The position numbers were made by a program, and so were the translations under genes. 64,000 bases of DNA from Vicinamibacteria bacterium (lineage in GTDB: Bacteria; Acidobacteriota; Vicinamibacteria; Vicinamibacterales; JAENWD01), in the NCBI GenBank assembly GCA_963828745.1, contig CAWHFZ010000012.1, positions 657,420-721,419 of the forward strand. The letters are read 5' to 3'. Below are positions 11,952 through 25,461 of this stretch, piece by piece. The notes beneath the pieces are model-generated. The model was not told the origin of the DNA. It saw only the letters and a list, made by a program, of their open reading frames with translations, and made no database searches. The first letter of the stretch is position 1. Every line of letters begins with the position of its first letter.

Positions 11952-14900
11952 ATCTCGGCCGCCTCTCCATCAACCAGCCGATTCTCGCGATGGTGCTGTC
12001 CATCGTGCTTCTGATCGTCGGTGCCATCGCCTATCCGACGCTGCCGGTGTCGGAATATCCGCAGGTCGCACCGCCGACCGTGGTCGTCACCACGCAATAT
12101 CCGGGCGCTTCCGCGCAGACCGTGTCCGACACGGTAGCCGCGCCGATCGAGCAGGAGATCAATGGCGTCGAGGATATGCTGTACATGTACAGTCAAGCCA
12201 CCTCCGACGGCCAGCTCAACATCACCGTCACCTTCAAGCTCGGGACCGATCTCGACAAGGCGCAGGTGCTGGTCCAGAACCGCGTCGCTATCGCGCAGCC
12301 CCGGTTGCCGGAGGAAGTGCAACGCAACGGCGTGGTCACGCGCAAGAACAGCCCGGACATCCTGCTGGTGGTGTTCATGCTGTCGCCGGACAATTCCTAC
12401 GACCAGCTTTATATCTCGAACTACGCGCTGCTGCAGGTGCGCGATCAGTTGCTGCGGATCGACGGCATCGGCGATATCACCATCTTCGGCGCGCGCGACT
12501 ATTCGATGCGGTTGTGGCTCGACCCGGACAAGATCGCGAATCTCGGCATGACGGCCGGCGACGTACTCACGGCGATCCGGGCCCAGAACGTGCAGATTGC
12601 CGGAGGCCAGATCGCCGCACCGCCGATCGCCGACCGCGCGTTTACCCCCAATCTGACCTTCACAGGACGACTTAAGGACCCGGCGCAGTTCGAGAATATC
12701 GTGCTGAAATCAGGCGCTGATGGCCGTACCGTGCGGCTGCGCGATGTCGCACGAATTGAGCTTGGCGCGCTCAACTACACGACCAACGGCTATCTGCTGC
12801 GCAAATCCGCGGTGGCGATGCTTGTCACGCAGCGTCCTGGGTCGAACGCGCTCGCCACCGCGAAAAATATCTCCGACAAGATGGTGGAGTTGAAGAAGAG
12901 CTTTCCGCCGGGCATCGACTACAATATCGGCTACAATCCGACCGAGTTCATCGCCCAGTCCATCCACGAATTGATCAAGACGATTTACGAAGCAATGGTG
13001 CTCGTCGTGATCGTCGTGTTGGTTTTTCTGCAAGGCTGGCGGCCGGCGATCATTCCAATTGTCGCGATTCCGATATCGCTGGTCGGAACCTTTGCGGTGA
13101 TGGCAGCGCTTGGCTTCTCCATTAACAATCTGACGCTGTTCGGTCTGGTGCTGGCGGTCGGCATCGTGGTCGACGACGCCATCGTGGTGGTCGAGAACAT
13201 GGAGCGGCATTTGTCCGCCGGGATGACCAAGCGCGACGCGGCACTGCGCACCATGGAGGAAGTCGGCGGCGCATTGGTCTCGATCGCGCTCGTGCTCTGC
13301 GCGGTGTTCGTGCCGACCGCGTTTCTCGGCGGCATCTCCGGACAGTTCTTCCAGCAGTTCGCGGTGACGATTGCGGTCGCGACCGCGATCTCGTGCTTCT
13401 GTTCGCTGACACTGTCGCCGGCGCTCGGCTCGCTGATCCTGCAACCTCATCATGAGAAAGGGCAGCCGGCGGCCTGGAACGTGGTCGCGCGGGGCTGGAA
13501 CACGGCGACCCGCGTGTTCAACCGGGGCTTCGACCGTCTGTCGCATCTCTATGGCAATGCAGCTGATTTCGTCATTCGTCATTCGGTGGCGATGCTGTTG
13601 CTCTATGTTGTGTTGATCGGCAGCGCGGGCTGGCTGCTGGCGACCACGCCGCAGGGTTTCATCCCGGCACAGGATCGCGGCTACGTCATTGTGGTGGCGC
13701 AGTTGCCCGGAGCGGCCTCGCTCGCGCGGACGACTGAGGTCGTGAAGCAGATCGAGAATATCGCGCTTGGCGTGCCCGGCGTGGTGCGCGTTCCGGCGCT
13801 GGCGGGACTGTCGGGAGCGACGCGAACGCAAGCGAGCAACGCGGCCGCCATGTTCCCGGTGTTCGATGATCCCGAGGTACGCGCCAAAAAGGGGCTGACC
13901 GCGAATGTCATCACGGCGGAGCTGCGCAAGCGGCTGTCGGCGATCGAGGGTGCGTTCGTCATCGTGATTCCGCCGCCCGCGGTGCCGGGTATCGGCACCG
14001 GCGGCGGCTTCGCCATGCGCATCCAGGATCGGCAGGGTCGGGGACCGAGGCTGCTCGCCGCCGCAACCGACGAGCTGGTCGCGGCCGCGCGCAAGGCGCC
14101 GGGTCTGACCGCGGTATTTTCGCCCTATACCGCTGATACCCCGCAGGTGTTCGTCGATATCGACCGCCAGAAAGCGGAGATGCTCGGTGTTCCCGTTCAG
14201 AAGATCACCGAGACCATCGAGACCTATTTCGGTTCGACCTATGTCAACGATTTCAACATCCTCGGCCGCACCTATCACGTCACCGCGCAGGCGGACCTGC
14301 CTTTCCGCAAGGAAACCAGCGATCTCGCGCGGCTGCGCACCCGCAACGCGGCAGGCGATATGGTGCTGCTCGGGAGCGCGGTGAATTTCAGCGACATCGC
14401 CGGACCTGATCGTGTGGCGCGCTACAATCTGTATCCAGCCTCCGAAGTGCAGGGCGACACCATACCGGGCACCAGTTCGGCAACCGCTCTGTCCATCATG
14501 AAGAATTCGCCGAGGAGACCTTGCCGAGCGGCTTTTCGTTCGAATGGACCGACCTGTCCTATCAGCAGGCGACTGGCGGCAATGCCGGCCTCTACGTGTT
14601 TCCGATCTGCGTTTTGTTCGTCTTCCTGGTGCTGGCCGCGCAGTACGGAAGCTGGACCTTGCCGTTCGCGGTCATCCTGATTGTGCCGATGTGCCTTCTG
14701 GCCGCGACGCTCGGCGTTCGCATCATGGGGCAGGACGTCAACATTCTGACCCAGATCGGCTTCGTGGTGCTGGTGGGGTTGGCGGCGAAGAATGCCATCC
14801 TGATCGTCGAGTTCGCCCGCGACATCGAACGGGAAGGGCGCTCTACCCTTGATGCCGTCATCGAGGCCTGTCGCCTGCGTATTAGGCCGATCCTGATGAC

Positions 14901-15114
14901 GTCGTTCGCCTTCATCCTCGGCGTGCTGCCGCTCGTATTGTCCGCGGGCTCGGGTTCGGAGATGCGGCAGGCAGTCGGCGTCGCCGTGTTCTTCGGGATG
15001 CTCGGCGTCACCCTGTTCGGTTTGATCTTCACGCCGGTGTTCTACATGCTAGTGCGACGTCTGTTCCCGGGCTCGGTAGTGATTCCGAGTGCCGATACCG
15101 GCGCCCACATCTAA
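11948..15114 (+). pseudogene. efflux RND transporter permease (AcrB/MexB-like), frame broken at ~14503
   Basis: ORF 11948..14680 and ORF 14521..15114 join at ...LSIMK(E)FAEETLPSGFSFEWTDLSYQQ with one base missing near 14501-14505. Combined length is ~1055 aa. Confidence 0.9.
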
Positions 15115-15125
15115 CGGGTGCAACC

Positions 15126-15524
15126 ATGATCGTGACGATTTATCACAACCCATCCTGCGGCACCTCGCGCAACACACTGGCCATGATCCGGCAGAGCGGC
15201 GAAGAGCCGGTGATCGTCGAGTACCTCAAGCATCCGCTGGACCGTGCGCGGCTTTGCGCGCTCGCTGACGTCATGGGTCTTCCTATCCGCGGGTTGCTGC
15301 GAGAGAAGGGCACGCCATATGCTGAACTCGACCTGGGCAATCCCAAATGGACCGATGACCAGCTTCTCGACTTCATAGTGGCGCACCCGATCCTGATTCA
15401 GCGTCCGATCGTTGAGACGCCGAAGGGCACGCGGATCTGCCGTCCGTCCGAGACGGTGCTCGAGCTGCTCGATTCTTCCATCACGTCCTTCATCAAGGAA
15501 GACGGCGAGGTTGTCAGGCGCTAG
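15126..15524 (+). CDS. arsC: arsenate reductase (glutaredoxin-dependent ArsC family)
   Basis: IYHNPSCGTSRNTL...HPILIQRPIV...TRICRPSE closely parallels R773/E. coli ArsC. Confidence 0.88.
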   Translation: MIVTIYHNPSCGTSRNTLAMIRQSGEEPVIVEYLKHPLDRARLCALADVMGLPIRGLLREKGTPYAELDLGNPKWTDDQLLDFIVAHPILIQRPIVETPKGTRICRPSETVLELLDSSITSFIKEDGEVVRR

Positions 15525-15568
15525 GCGCGAGAGGCCATTATCTGCCTATACCTACGTGGCTTACTAGA

Positions 15569-15592
15569 TGCATTTGCAAATGAGTTGCAATT
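15569..15592. promoter_or_regulatory. candidate Fur/Mur operator upstream of mntH
   Basis: Direct hexamer repeats TGCATT-TGCAAA-TGAGTT-GCAATT about 35 nt upstream of the mntH ATG. It resembles the direct-hexamer Fur(Mur) sites described for Bradyrhizobium Mn/Fe genes (recalled, not aligned). Confidence 0.35.
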
Positions 15593-15624
15593 AAGAAGTC
15601 GATAGTCCATTATTGGACCGATGG

Positions 15625-17010
15625 ATGCGAAAACACCTGGTTTGTTGTCCGAAATCGGTCCCGGAGCCGCCGCAGGGAGCCTTTCCCGCTGCGGCTGGCT
15701 GGCGTTCGGAAGTGGCGACCCGCCCGAGCCTTGAGGAGGTCCATGCGACGGTGCGAGTCCCCGCGACCGGGCACTGGCTGCGTCGCCTGGTGGCCTTTGC
15801 GGGCCCCGGTTACATGGTCTCGGTGGGGTACATGGACCCCGGCAATTGGGCGACCGACATCGCGGGCGGTTCGCGGTTCGGTTACACGCTGCTGTCGGTC
15901 ATCCTGCTGTCGAACGTCATGGCGATCCTGTTGCAGGCACTGGCCGCGCGGCTTGGCATCGCGGCTGGCCGCGACCTCGCGCAGGCGTGCCGCAACACCT
16001 ATTCGCGTCCGGTCAATTTCATGCTCTGGCTGGCCTGCGAGGCTGCGATCATTGCCTGCGACCTGGCCGAGGTGATCGGCACGGCGATCGCGTTGCAGTT
16101 GCTGTTCGGCATTCCGCTGATCGGCGGCGCACTGATCGCGGCGCTGGATGCCTTTCTGCTGCTGCTGTTGATGAACCGGGGCTTCCGTTTTCTTGAAGCC
16201 TTTGTGGTCGCGCTGCTGATCGTGATCGCGGTCTGCTTTGCAATCCAGATCGTTGCCGCCGCGCCGCCGGTCGCTGAAATCCTGCGCGGCTTCGCGCCGT
16301 CACGCGAGATCGTCACAAATCCGGAAATGCTCTACATCGCCATCGGCATCATCGGCGCGACGGTGATGCCGCATAACCTCTATCTGCATTCGTCGATCGT
16401 GCAGACGCGTGCTTATCCGCGCACCGGCGAAGGGCGCCGGGACGCCATCAAGTGGGCGACGGCGGACAGCACGCTGGCGCTCATGCTCGCGCTGTTCGTC
16501 AATGCGGCAATCCTGATCGTGGCTGCCGCGACATTTCACAAAAGCGGCCACGCCGACGTCGCCGAGATCGGCGAGGCCTTCAAACTGCTGTCGCCGTTGC
16601 TCGGTCTTGGGATCGCCTCGACACTGTTCGCCATTGCGTTGCTGGCTTCTGGCATCAATTCCACCGTGACGGCGACGCTCGCAGGTCAGATCGTGATGGA
16701 GGGTTTTCTGCGCTTGCGGATGCCGATGTGGGCCCGCCGATTGGTAACCCGCGGCATTGCCATCATCCCCGTGATCGTCGTCACCGCGCTTTATGGCGAG
16801 CGCGGCACCGGACAACTGCTTGTTCTCAGTCAGGTCATTCTGTCGATGCAGTTGCCGTTCGCGGTAATCCCGCTGGTGCGGTTTGTCTCGGACCGGCGCA
16901 AGATGGGGGAATTCGCGATTTCCCGCTCCTGGGCGGCAGCGGCGTGGCTGGTGGCCGGCATCATCGTGATCCTGAACGTCAAGCTGCTGTTCGACACCAT
17001 CGCCAGTTAG
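15625..17010 (+). CDS. mntH: Nramp-family divalent metal (Mn2+) transporter
   Basis: [19 protein letters not shown] and MPHNLYLHS motifs with ~11 TM segments. ATG at 15625; the ORF opens at TTG 15613. Confidence 0.93.
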   Translation: MRKHLVCCPKSVPEPPQGAFPAAAGWRSEVATRPSLEEVHATVRVPATGHWLRRLVAFAGPGYMVSVGYMDPGNWATDIAGGSRFGYTLLSVILLSNVMAILLQALAARLGIAAGRDLAQACRNTYSRPVNFMLWLACEAAIIACDLAEVIGTAIALQLLFGIPLIGGALIAALDAFLLLLLMNRGFRFLEAFVVALLIVIAVCFAIQIVAAAPPVAEILRGFAPSREIVTNPEMLYIAIGIIGATVMPHNLYLHSSIVQTRAYPRTGEGRRDAIKWATADSTLALMLALFVNAAILIVAAATFHKSGHADVAEIGEAFKLLSPLLGLGIASTLFAIALLASGINSTVTATLAGQIVMEGFLRLRMPMWARRLVTRGIAIIPVIVVTALYGERGTGQLLVLSQVILSMQLPFAVIPLVRFVSDRRKMGEFAISRSWAAAAWLVAGIIVILNVKLLFDTIAS

Positions 17011-17771
17011 GCCGGTTTCGCGTCCTTCGCATCGACACGCAGCCAGCCCGAGGGCGCAAGGCGCTGCTGCGGCAGGAAGCGGCCCTTGTAATCCATCTTC
17101 CGCGACCCTTCGATCCAGTAGCCAAGGTAGACATAGGGCAGGCCGAGCCGCCGCGCACGTGCGATGTGATCGAGGATCATGAAGGTGCCGAGCGAACGGT
17201 TCTGTTGGGAAGGCTCGAAAAACGAATAGACCATCGAGAGCCCGTCGCTGAGCACGTCCGTGAGCGCCACCCCCACGAGATCGCCGCCGGGCCCAGCGAA
17301 GTTGATATCAGCGCAACGCCTGCGATATTCGACGATGCGGGTCTCGACATGGCTGTCCTCGACCATCATCGCGTAATCCAGCACGGTCATGTCGGCCATG
17401 CCGCCGTGGCGATGGCGCTGATCGAGATAGGCGCGAAACACCGAATACTGCTCTGACGTCGGAACCGCACTGCGCAGTGCGCCGATGATATCTGCATTGC
17501 GCGCCAGGACTTTGCGGAAATTGCGCGACGGGCGGAATTCGTCGGCGATCACCCGCACCGAAATACAGGCACGGCACTGGTCGCAGGCCGGACGATAGGC
17601 GATCGACTGACTGCGGCGAAAACCACCATGGGTCAGCAGGTCATTCAGATCGCCGGCCTTGTCGCCGACGAGATGCGTGAACACTTTCCGCTCGCTGCGA
17701 TCGGGCAGGTACGGACACGGCGAAGGAGCCGTCAGATAGAATTGCGGGGTATCGCGCGAGTGCTGGGTCAC
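17007..17771 (-). CDS. bpt: arginyl/leucyl-tRNA--protein transferase (Bpt/Ate family)
   Basis: 254-aa ORF with CPYLPDR...FRRSQ...YRPAC..C..C and the YVYLGYWI motif. Confidence 0.88.
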   Translation of the reverse strand: MTQHSRDTPQFYLTAPSPCPYLPDRSERKVFTHLVGDKAGDLNDLLTHGGFRRSQSIAYRPACDQCRACISVRVIADEFRPSRNFRKVLARNADIIGALRSAVPTSEQYSVFRAYLDQRHRHGGMADMTVLDYAMMVEDSHVETRIVEYRRRCADINFAGPGGDLVGVALTDVLSDGLSMVYSFFEPSQQNRSLGTFMILDHIARARRLGLPYVYLGYWIEGSRKMDYKGRFLPQQRLAPSGWLRVDAKDAKPA

Positions 17772-17851
17772 GGCGGTGTCGTCAATCTCCGAAGCAGTTC
17801 AGACCGAGCATCGCGCTCTCAAGGTCGACCGTCAATCCGGTTGCCTTGTTA

Positions 17852-18415
17852 TCAATAAGTTCGATTCGGCTGCGCAACCGGCGCGAGAATCGAATTGTTG
17901 ATAACCACTGTGCCCAACACCATATCATGTAGCATTCGGCGGCGTCGGTTGAGGAGGCCGATCAGCAGAATGAGCGGCGTAAAGACCGACAACGAGACCC
18001 AGAACAGGACCGCGTGCGTGGCGCCCAGCACGAAATAGCTCGGCGCGCCGTACCAAGTCCGCATTTCCAGATCCATGACACGCATGCCGATGGTCGCCGA
18101 ATGCGGTCCGCCCAACGACGCACCGTAATAGACGAGAGCCCAGATCAGAGAGGCAGGCCACACCAGCCAGAACAGCGCCCAGCCCAGCCCGAGCGTGACG
18201 ACACCGAACACCGCGATAAAGATCACCCCGAGAATCACGGGAATCGAAAGCACCACGAGATCGATCAAAAATGCAAAGAAACGCCGCGTCAGGATGCCGC
18301 GAAACAGTTCGGGCTGCATCCAGGGGTCGAATGCATGCTCCCGGAACTCGGTAGAGTTGCCGCCAGACGCATTGTTTAAGCCACTGTCGGCCATGACCGG
18401 TCCTCCGCGGCACAT
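17852..18415 (-). CDS. RDD family membrane protein
   Basis: ILTRRFFAFLIDLVVLSIPV... and a C-terminal RRRMLHDMVLGTVV motif. The start may be 18394. Confidence 0.8.
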   Translation of the reverse strand: MCRGGPVMADSGLNNASGGNSTEFREHAFDPWMQPELFRGILTRRFFAFLIDLVVLSIPVILGVIFIAVFGVVTLGLGWALFWLVWPASLIWALVYYGASLGGPHSATIGMRVMDLEMRTWYGAPSYFVLGATHAVLFWVSLSVFTPLILLIGLLNRRRRMLHDMVLGTVVINNSILAPVAQPNRTY

Positions 18416-18510
18416 CCTTGCCGGCCCACGAAATGGCGACGTTCTGGCAGGGTTGCAAGGCCTCGCAACCTTTAACGAATGGCAATGATCGCGGCGACTT
18501 GGGCGGGGCG

Positions 18511-19620
<1,110 letters not shown>

Positions 19621-19832
19621 CTAGCACCATGATCTGGCTTCGTCACCGCGTTGATGCGGCTGATCCAATGCATTTGATTTTATGGTATCAAACGGTCATG
19701 AATCGGCACCATTTGGCCGTCGTTCCCCGCTACGAGCACACATCCTGATGTCAGAAACCTCATCGCGCGAGCAGATCCCGCGGGACAACGCCATATCCGC
19801 GGCGGCGATTTCGTCTACACGGCCGGAAACTA

Positions 19833-20213
19833 ATGAAAATCTCTGGAACTCGGCGGCTGGTGCTTTTTCTGCGCATCATGGCGGTGCTATCGGTCGCCAC
19901 GGGGCTCTATCACTGGGCCCAGGTGACCGGATTTATCGGCGGCGAAGATGATGCCTTTGAAAACCAGACCATGGCCTGGCAGGCGGCGACGGTCTACTTC
20001 GCTGTGATCGAATTGGTGGCTGCCGTGGGCTTGTGGCTCGCGACGCCATGGGGCGCCGTCGTGTGGCTCACCACCGTCGTCTCGATGGCCGTGATCGAAC
20101 TGATGTTTCCGGCGATCTATGGCGGCAACTTGGCCGTCGTCGGGTTAGAAACGATAATGCTTGCCGCCTATTTGGCGCTAGCCTGGATGGCGGCGCGCGA
20201 ACGGCCGCCATAG
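19833..20213 (+). CDS. hypothetical membrane protein
   Basis: 126-aa ORF with four hydrophobic helices. No assignable family. Confidence 0.6.
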   Translation: MKISGTRRLVLFLRIMAVLSVATGLYHWAQVTGFIGGEDDAFENQTMAWQAATVYFAVIELVAAVGLWLATPWGAVVWLTTVVSMAVIELMFPAIYGGNLAVVGLETIMLAAYLALAWMAARERPP

Positions 20214-20658
20214 ACATCAAACGCGCAGAGCCTTGGCAGCAGGTGTAGCGACCAGAAGGGGCGGGTGATTTAATTAGAATTGACGGTGTCATTACAATTG
20301 ACGGCATCGAACAGGATTGGAATCGATTCAAATTTTCAGAGGATTTTTCGCGGTAAGAATTCGGTGACCCTAATGCCGTGGTCATCTGTGTTGACGGGAT
20401 GTTTCGAATTCGAACGGTGCTGTTCCCGAATGCGACAGCCGCCGCAGACGAAGAGTGAACAGCGTAGCAGTAGCGTCAAGGAAAGGTTGCAGGAAACCCT
20501 TATTTGATGGGCTTAATCCGCGATTCACTGTCTTAAATTCATGATCTCTTTATTGTCTTATTTAAGCGGATCTTCAAACGCCTCCCCTAAGGTCTGGCTA
20601 TCAGGCGGGACACAAGTTTCGTCGAATAAGTCGATAAAAACGACAGCAGGGGAATGTC

Positions 20659-21174
20659 ATGGTGAAAGCCGTTGCGAAGGCTCACGAGCCGGCAGAACAG
20701 GTTGCCGGCCAGGCGCCGGTACAGCCGCTCTATCTCGAAGCGTTGACTTTGGTCGAGCGGCTGCATCGCCGCCTGCTCGATGTCATCAAGGATGAATTCG
20801 ATCGCCGTGGTCGCGCCGACATCAATTCGGTGCAGGCGCTTTTGCTCTACAACATCGGCGACAAGGAGTTGACCGCCGGCGAACTTCGGACCCGTGGCTA
20901 CTATCTCGGCTCCAACGTTTCCTACAATCTGAAGAAGCTCGTCGAGCTTGGCTTTCTCGATCATCAGCGCTCACGCGTCGATCGCCGCTCGGTGCGCATC
21001 CGTCTGACCACGCAGGGCCAGGAAATCCGCCGCATCGTCGACACGCTCTACCAGAAGCACGTCAAGACTGTCGAACAGGTCGGCGGCATCTCGAACGAGG
21101 AGTTTGCGACGCTAAACAAGTCGCTGCATCGGCTCGAGCGCTTCTGGACGGACCAGATTCTGTATCGGCTCTGA
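20659..21174 (+). CDS. MarR-family transcriptional regulator (LdtR-like)
   Basis: Winged-helix region LTAGELRTRGYYLGSNVSYNLKKLVELGFLDHQRSRVDRRSVRIRLT. A long AT-rich leader lies upstream. Confidence 0.85.
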   Translation: MVKAVAKAHEPAEQVAGQAPVQPLYLEALTLVERLHRRLLDVIKDEFDRRGRADINSVQALLLYNIGDKELTAGELRTRGYYLGSNVSYNLKKLVELGFLDHQRSRVDRRSVRIRLTTQGQEIRRIVDTLYQKHVKTVEQVGGISNEEFATLNKSLHRLERFWTDQILYRL

Positions 21175-21346
21175 GTTTTCTCCGGGACAGGGCGAAGCCG
21201 GCGGAAGATCGGCCGCCCGTTCTCCGGATATCTTCAACGCGACATTCCCGCTTTTCGAGCGCATCGGCCCGGTCCTCCGGCGCCGGTGCGTTTTGCCGTG
21301 CCCACAAATCCGGCGCCGACGAAGGAACTTTTGATGGCTTCCGAGG

Positions 21347-21601
21347 TTGTGGATCTGTAGCGGAGAATCGATAGGACAGCCCATGTTGGTCGAACGCGAT
21401 TTGAACGTCATGAATTTTGACGCCGTTGGCGAGGCTTACGCCATCGCCGCGAATTATCTGCGCAGGACCGGCGCCGTCAGCGAAGGCATCGGCACGAATG
21501 ACAAGCTGCTTGAGATTATTGTCGGGCTGTTTCACCGCGGCGAACGCAACCGCATCAAGCTCCCCAACAAGGCTATCGCGCGGTGCGAGGTCGATGCCTG
21601 A
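21347..21601 (+). CDS. hypothetical small protein
   Basis: ORF only. An internal start (MLVERD... or MNFDAV...) is more likely. Confidence 0.4.
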   Translation: MWICSGESIGQPMLVERDLNVMNFDAVGEAYAIAANYLRRTGAVSEGIGTNDKLLEIIVGLFHRGERNRIKLPNKAIARCEVDA

Positions 21602-21620
21602 CCGCAACGTGAGGACCGAT

Positions 21621-21827
21621 ATGGACGCCGCTATTGATCGGATCATGATGGCCTACGATCTTTTGCTGAACCGGAGCGCTGCGGCGAGCGCCGAGGCCCG
21701 CAGCAAGGTGACCGGCTACGTCAGGACGCTGGTCGAGGGCGGCGAGACCGATCCGCGGCGTCTCGCGGTTTGCGGATTGGCTTACTTGCGCGAGTTGGAT
21801 GACAGTCACAGATCTGGCGCTCCGTAG
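21621..21827 (+). CDS. hypothetical small protein
   Basis: 68-aa ORF MDAAIDRIMMAYDLL... with GAGGAC 5 nt upstream of the ATG. Confidence 0.45.
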   Translation: MDAAIDRIMMAYDLLLNRSAAASAEARSKVTGYVRTLVEGGETDPRRLAVCGLAYLRELDDSHRSGAP

Positions 21828-21905
21828 ACTGTTGTTCGCAGTGCGGCTTCACGGCTGCTGCCGATTGCGATAAAGACGGGAGGCCCACAAAAGGTTCTTC
21901 CTCAC

Positions 21906-22202
21906 ATGATCACCGAAATCGCGCAAATTGACATCAAGCCTGATGCCGAAAAGGATTTTGAGACGGCAATCGCGAAAGCGCAGACGATTTTCAAGCGCTG
22001 CAAAGGTTGGAAGAGCTTCGAGCTGCATCGGTCTATCGAGAAGCCGTCTCGTTACCGGCTGCTGATCAAGTGGGAAACGCTTGAAAACCATACTGTGGAT
22101 TTTCGGGAATCCGCCAATTTTACCGAATGGCGCGCGCTGGTCGGGCCGTACTTCGCTTCGCCTCCCGAGGTCGAACACACCATTACGGTTGTAAACTTTT
22201 AA
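21906..22202 (+). CDS. antibiotic-biosynthesis-monooxygenase (ABM) domain protein
   Basis: 98-aa ORF with an ABM-like ferredoxin-fold pattern (ITEIAQIDIKP...W.S...H). Confidence 0.7.
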   Translation: MITEIAQIDIKPDAEKDFETAIAKAQTIFKRCKGWKSFELHRSIEKPSRYRLLIKWETLENHTVDFRESANFTEWRALVGPYFASPPEVEHTITVVNF

Positions 22203-22204
22203 CT

Positions 22205-23343
22205 TTACGATCTTGCGATCTTGACCGATTGTTGCTCGCCGTCCTCGCGCAAAAAATCAATGACGACCTTGGCGATCGCCATCAGGGGCAGGGCGAGAGC
22301 CAGTCCCCAGACACCGAACACAACGCCGAGCAAAATCTGGAAGGCGAACAGCGTCGCTGGCGGGATGTCGAGTGCCTGACGCTGGATCATGGGCGTGAGA
22401 ATGTAGCTCTCCAGTGCATGGACGCCGAGGAACAGCGCGAATGCGCTTGCGGCCGCCACCCATCCCGACGCCAGAACTCGCCAGCACCACGATCAACCCG
22501 CCGAGCAGCGCGCCGATGGTCGGAATGAAGGCGAGCAGGCCGGCCTGGATTCCCAGGATGAATGAGCTCTGGATGCCGATGATCTCCAGACCGATCCAGG
22601 TCACGAAAAACACCACGGTCATGGTGATCATCTGGGCGATCAGCCAGCGCTCCAAAGTTTCACCGATCCGATCGACCACGACCGTCATGGTTGCGAAATT
22701 CTTTGCCGGAGCCATGCTGAGCAATCCCTTGCGGTAGATGGTCGGCTGGGCCGCGAAGCGAAGGCCGAGAAACAGCACGATGAAGAAATTCCCGACCGCG
22801 CTGACGGTGCCGAGGATCAGCTTTAGGGTCTGGCCGACGATCGCGCTGCCGCCCGAGGCCAGCGCGCCAGCGCTTGGAAGGTTGTGCTGGACCGCCGCCG
22901 CCGGTGTATCGTCGGTTTTCGAATTCCCGGGCGTAGCATTAAGGCCGCTCAAATTCAGGTAGCTGGTGTCGACCCCGTTCTTTTCGAGGAACGATTTAAC
23001 ACTCACGAGCTGCGATTTGAGGGTGTTGCTTAAAACCGTTGCTTGCTCCGCGATTGTTGTTCCGCCGAGGATCAGCACGCCTGACAACGCTGCAGCGAGC
23101 GCCAGGCAGACGATTGTCAGACGCAATGCGTGGGGCAGGGGAATAAGGCGACCGAGCAGATTTGTGATGGCGTTGAGAGCAACACCGAGCAGGACGCCGG
23201 CGAAGATCAGAAAAAGTGTCGCGGCATAATGCCAGGCGAAAAACAGCAGGGACGCGAACAGAACGATGCCGAATTCCGCCCACCGCGATCGCCCATGCCT
23301 GGTCTTTTCGGCTCTGAGCCTTGCCGCCGATAAATTCCGTCAC
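22205..23343 (-). pseudogene. AI-2E family (PerM-like) transporter, frame broken at ~22466 and ~23275
   Basis: Three minus-strand frames give one permease: MTEFIGGKAQSRKDQAWAIAV | AEFGIVLFASLLFFAWH...LASSGVG | WVAAASAFALFLGVHALESYILTPMIQRQ... There is an extra A near 22466 and an extra G in a G-run near 23275. Confidence 0.82.
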
Positions 23344-23520
23344 GGTTGCCTCCGGTTCTGAATCCGCAGTGTTTCGTTAAACGCCCTCCGGATCAAGCAC
23401 CACCGGCCATGCTTGTTTGACGCTGACGGGGTATCGGGCGAGCCGTTGGCTGAAGGACCGGGCCGATCCTGTCGGCATCAGCTGCAACAGGCCGGCGATC
23501 TGAAAAAAGGGTCGACTTCA

Positions 23521-23549
23521 AAGAAAAAGGCGCTCCGTCAGGAGCGCCT
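23521..23549 (-). terminator. rho-independent terminator after glnA
   Basis: On the minus strand, AGGCGCUCC-UGAC-GGAGCGCCU followed by UUUUUCUU. Confidence 0.75.
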
Positions 23550-23574
23550 GCCATTTGTGAAAACCGAGACCCGA

Positions 23575-24985
23575 TCAGTACGAATAGTACATATCGAATT
23601 CGACCGGGTGCGGCGTCATTTCGAAACGCATCACGTCGGTCATCTTCAGTTCGATGTAGGCGTCGATGAAGTCGTCGTCGAACACGCCGCCGTGTTTCAG
23701 GAAGGCGCGGTCCTTGTCGAGGTTTTCCAGAGCCTCGCGCAAGCTACCGCAGACCGTCGGGATCTGCTTCAGCTCTTCCTTTGGCAGATCGTAAAGGTCC
23801 TTGTCCATGGCCGGACCCGGATCGATCTTGTTCTTGATGCCGTCTAGGCCCGCCATCAGCATCGCCGCGAAGGCGAGGTACGGATTGGCCATCGGATCGG
23901 GGAAGCGGACTTCCACGCGCTTGGCCTTCGGCGAGGTGGTGTAGGGGATACGGCAGGAGGCCGAGCGGTTGCGCGCCGAGTAGGCGAGCAGCACCGGCGC
24001 CTCGTAGCCCGGGACCAGCCGCTTGTAGGAGTTGGTCGACGGGTTAGTGAAGGCGTTGATGGCCTTGGCGTGCTTGATGATGCCGCCGATGTAGTGCAGA
24101 CAGGTTTCCGACAGGTCGGCGTACTTGTTGCCGGCGAACGTGGGCTTGCCATCCTTCCAGATCGACTGGTGGACGTGCATGCCCGAGCCGTTGTCGCCGA
24201 AAATCGGCTTCGGCATGAATGTAGCGGTCTTGCCGTAGATGTGCGCGACCTGGTGGATGCAGTACTTGTAGATCTGCATCTGGTCGGCCATGTGGGTCAG
24301 CGTGTCAAATTTCATGCCGAGTTCGTGCTGCGCCGACGCCACCTCGTGATGGTGCTTCTCGACCTTGACGCCCATCTTGGCCATGGCGCCCAGCATTTCG
24401 GAGCGCATGTCCTGCACCGAATCCTGCGGCGGGACCGGGAAGTAGCCGCCTTTGGTGCGAATGCGGTGGCCGAGGTTGCCGCCTTCATACTCCGTTGCCG
24501 AGTTGGTCGGCAGTTCGGATGAATCCAGCTTGAATCCGGTGTTGTACGGATCGGCTGAGAAACGCACGTCATCGAAAACGAAGAATTCGGCTTCGGGGCC
24601 GAACATACACGGTGTCGCCCACGCCCATCGACTTCACCATCGCTTCGGCTTTCCTGGCGATGCCGCGCGGGTCGCGGTTATAGGGCTCGCCTGTGGAGGG
24701 CTCCAGGATGTCGCAGGTGATGACCATCGTCGTCTCCGCAAAAAACGGATCGATCGAGGCCGTCGTGGGATCGAGCATCAGCGTCATGTCGAACTCGTTG
24801 ATCGCCTTCCAGCCGGCGATCGACGAGCCGTCGAACATCGTGCCTTCGGCGAAAATTTCTTCGTCGATCATGCTGACGTCGAAGGTGACGTGTTGCCACT
24901 TGCCGCGCGGATCGGTGAATCGCAGATCGACGTACTTCACGTCGTTGTCCTTGATTGATTTCAGGACGTCTTTGGCGGTCTTCAT
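23575..24985 (-). pseudogene. glnA: glutamine synthetase type I, frame broken at ~24600
   Basis: ORFs 24569..24985 (N-terminal beta-grasp) and 23575..24606 (catalytic domain) join at ...MGVGDTVY|(V/F)[14 protein letters not shown] with one extra base. Confidence 0.92.
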
Positions 24986-25074
24986 AAATACCCCTTGTTT
25001 CTGCTGGTCTTCGTGATCGGCAGCGCGAAGCGGCCGTTGGTATGGCTCAGTTTGCGGATGTACTTCTAAAGGGT

Positions 25075-25461
<387 letters not shown>

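Noticed and set aside
12710-14278. Long antisense ORFs opposite well-supported genes: 12710..14278(-) 522 aa, 55128..56300(-) 390 aa, 8125..9285(-), 5913..6680(-), 50642..51649(-), 28957..29988(-), 52068..52814(-), 59410..60393(-).
   Set aside because: They are Arg/Pro/Gly/His-rich translations typical of stop-poor antisense frames in >60% GC DNA. Each lies opposite a gene with strong conserved motifs, and none has a recognisable domain.
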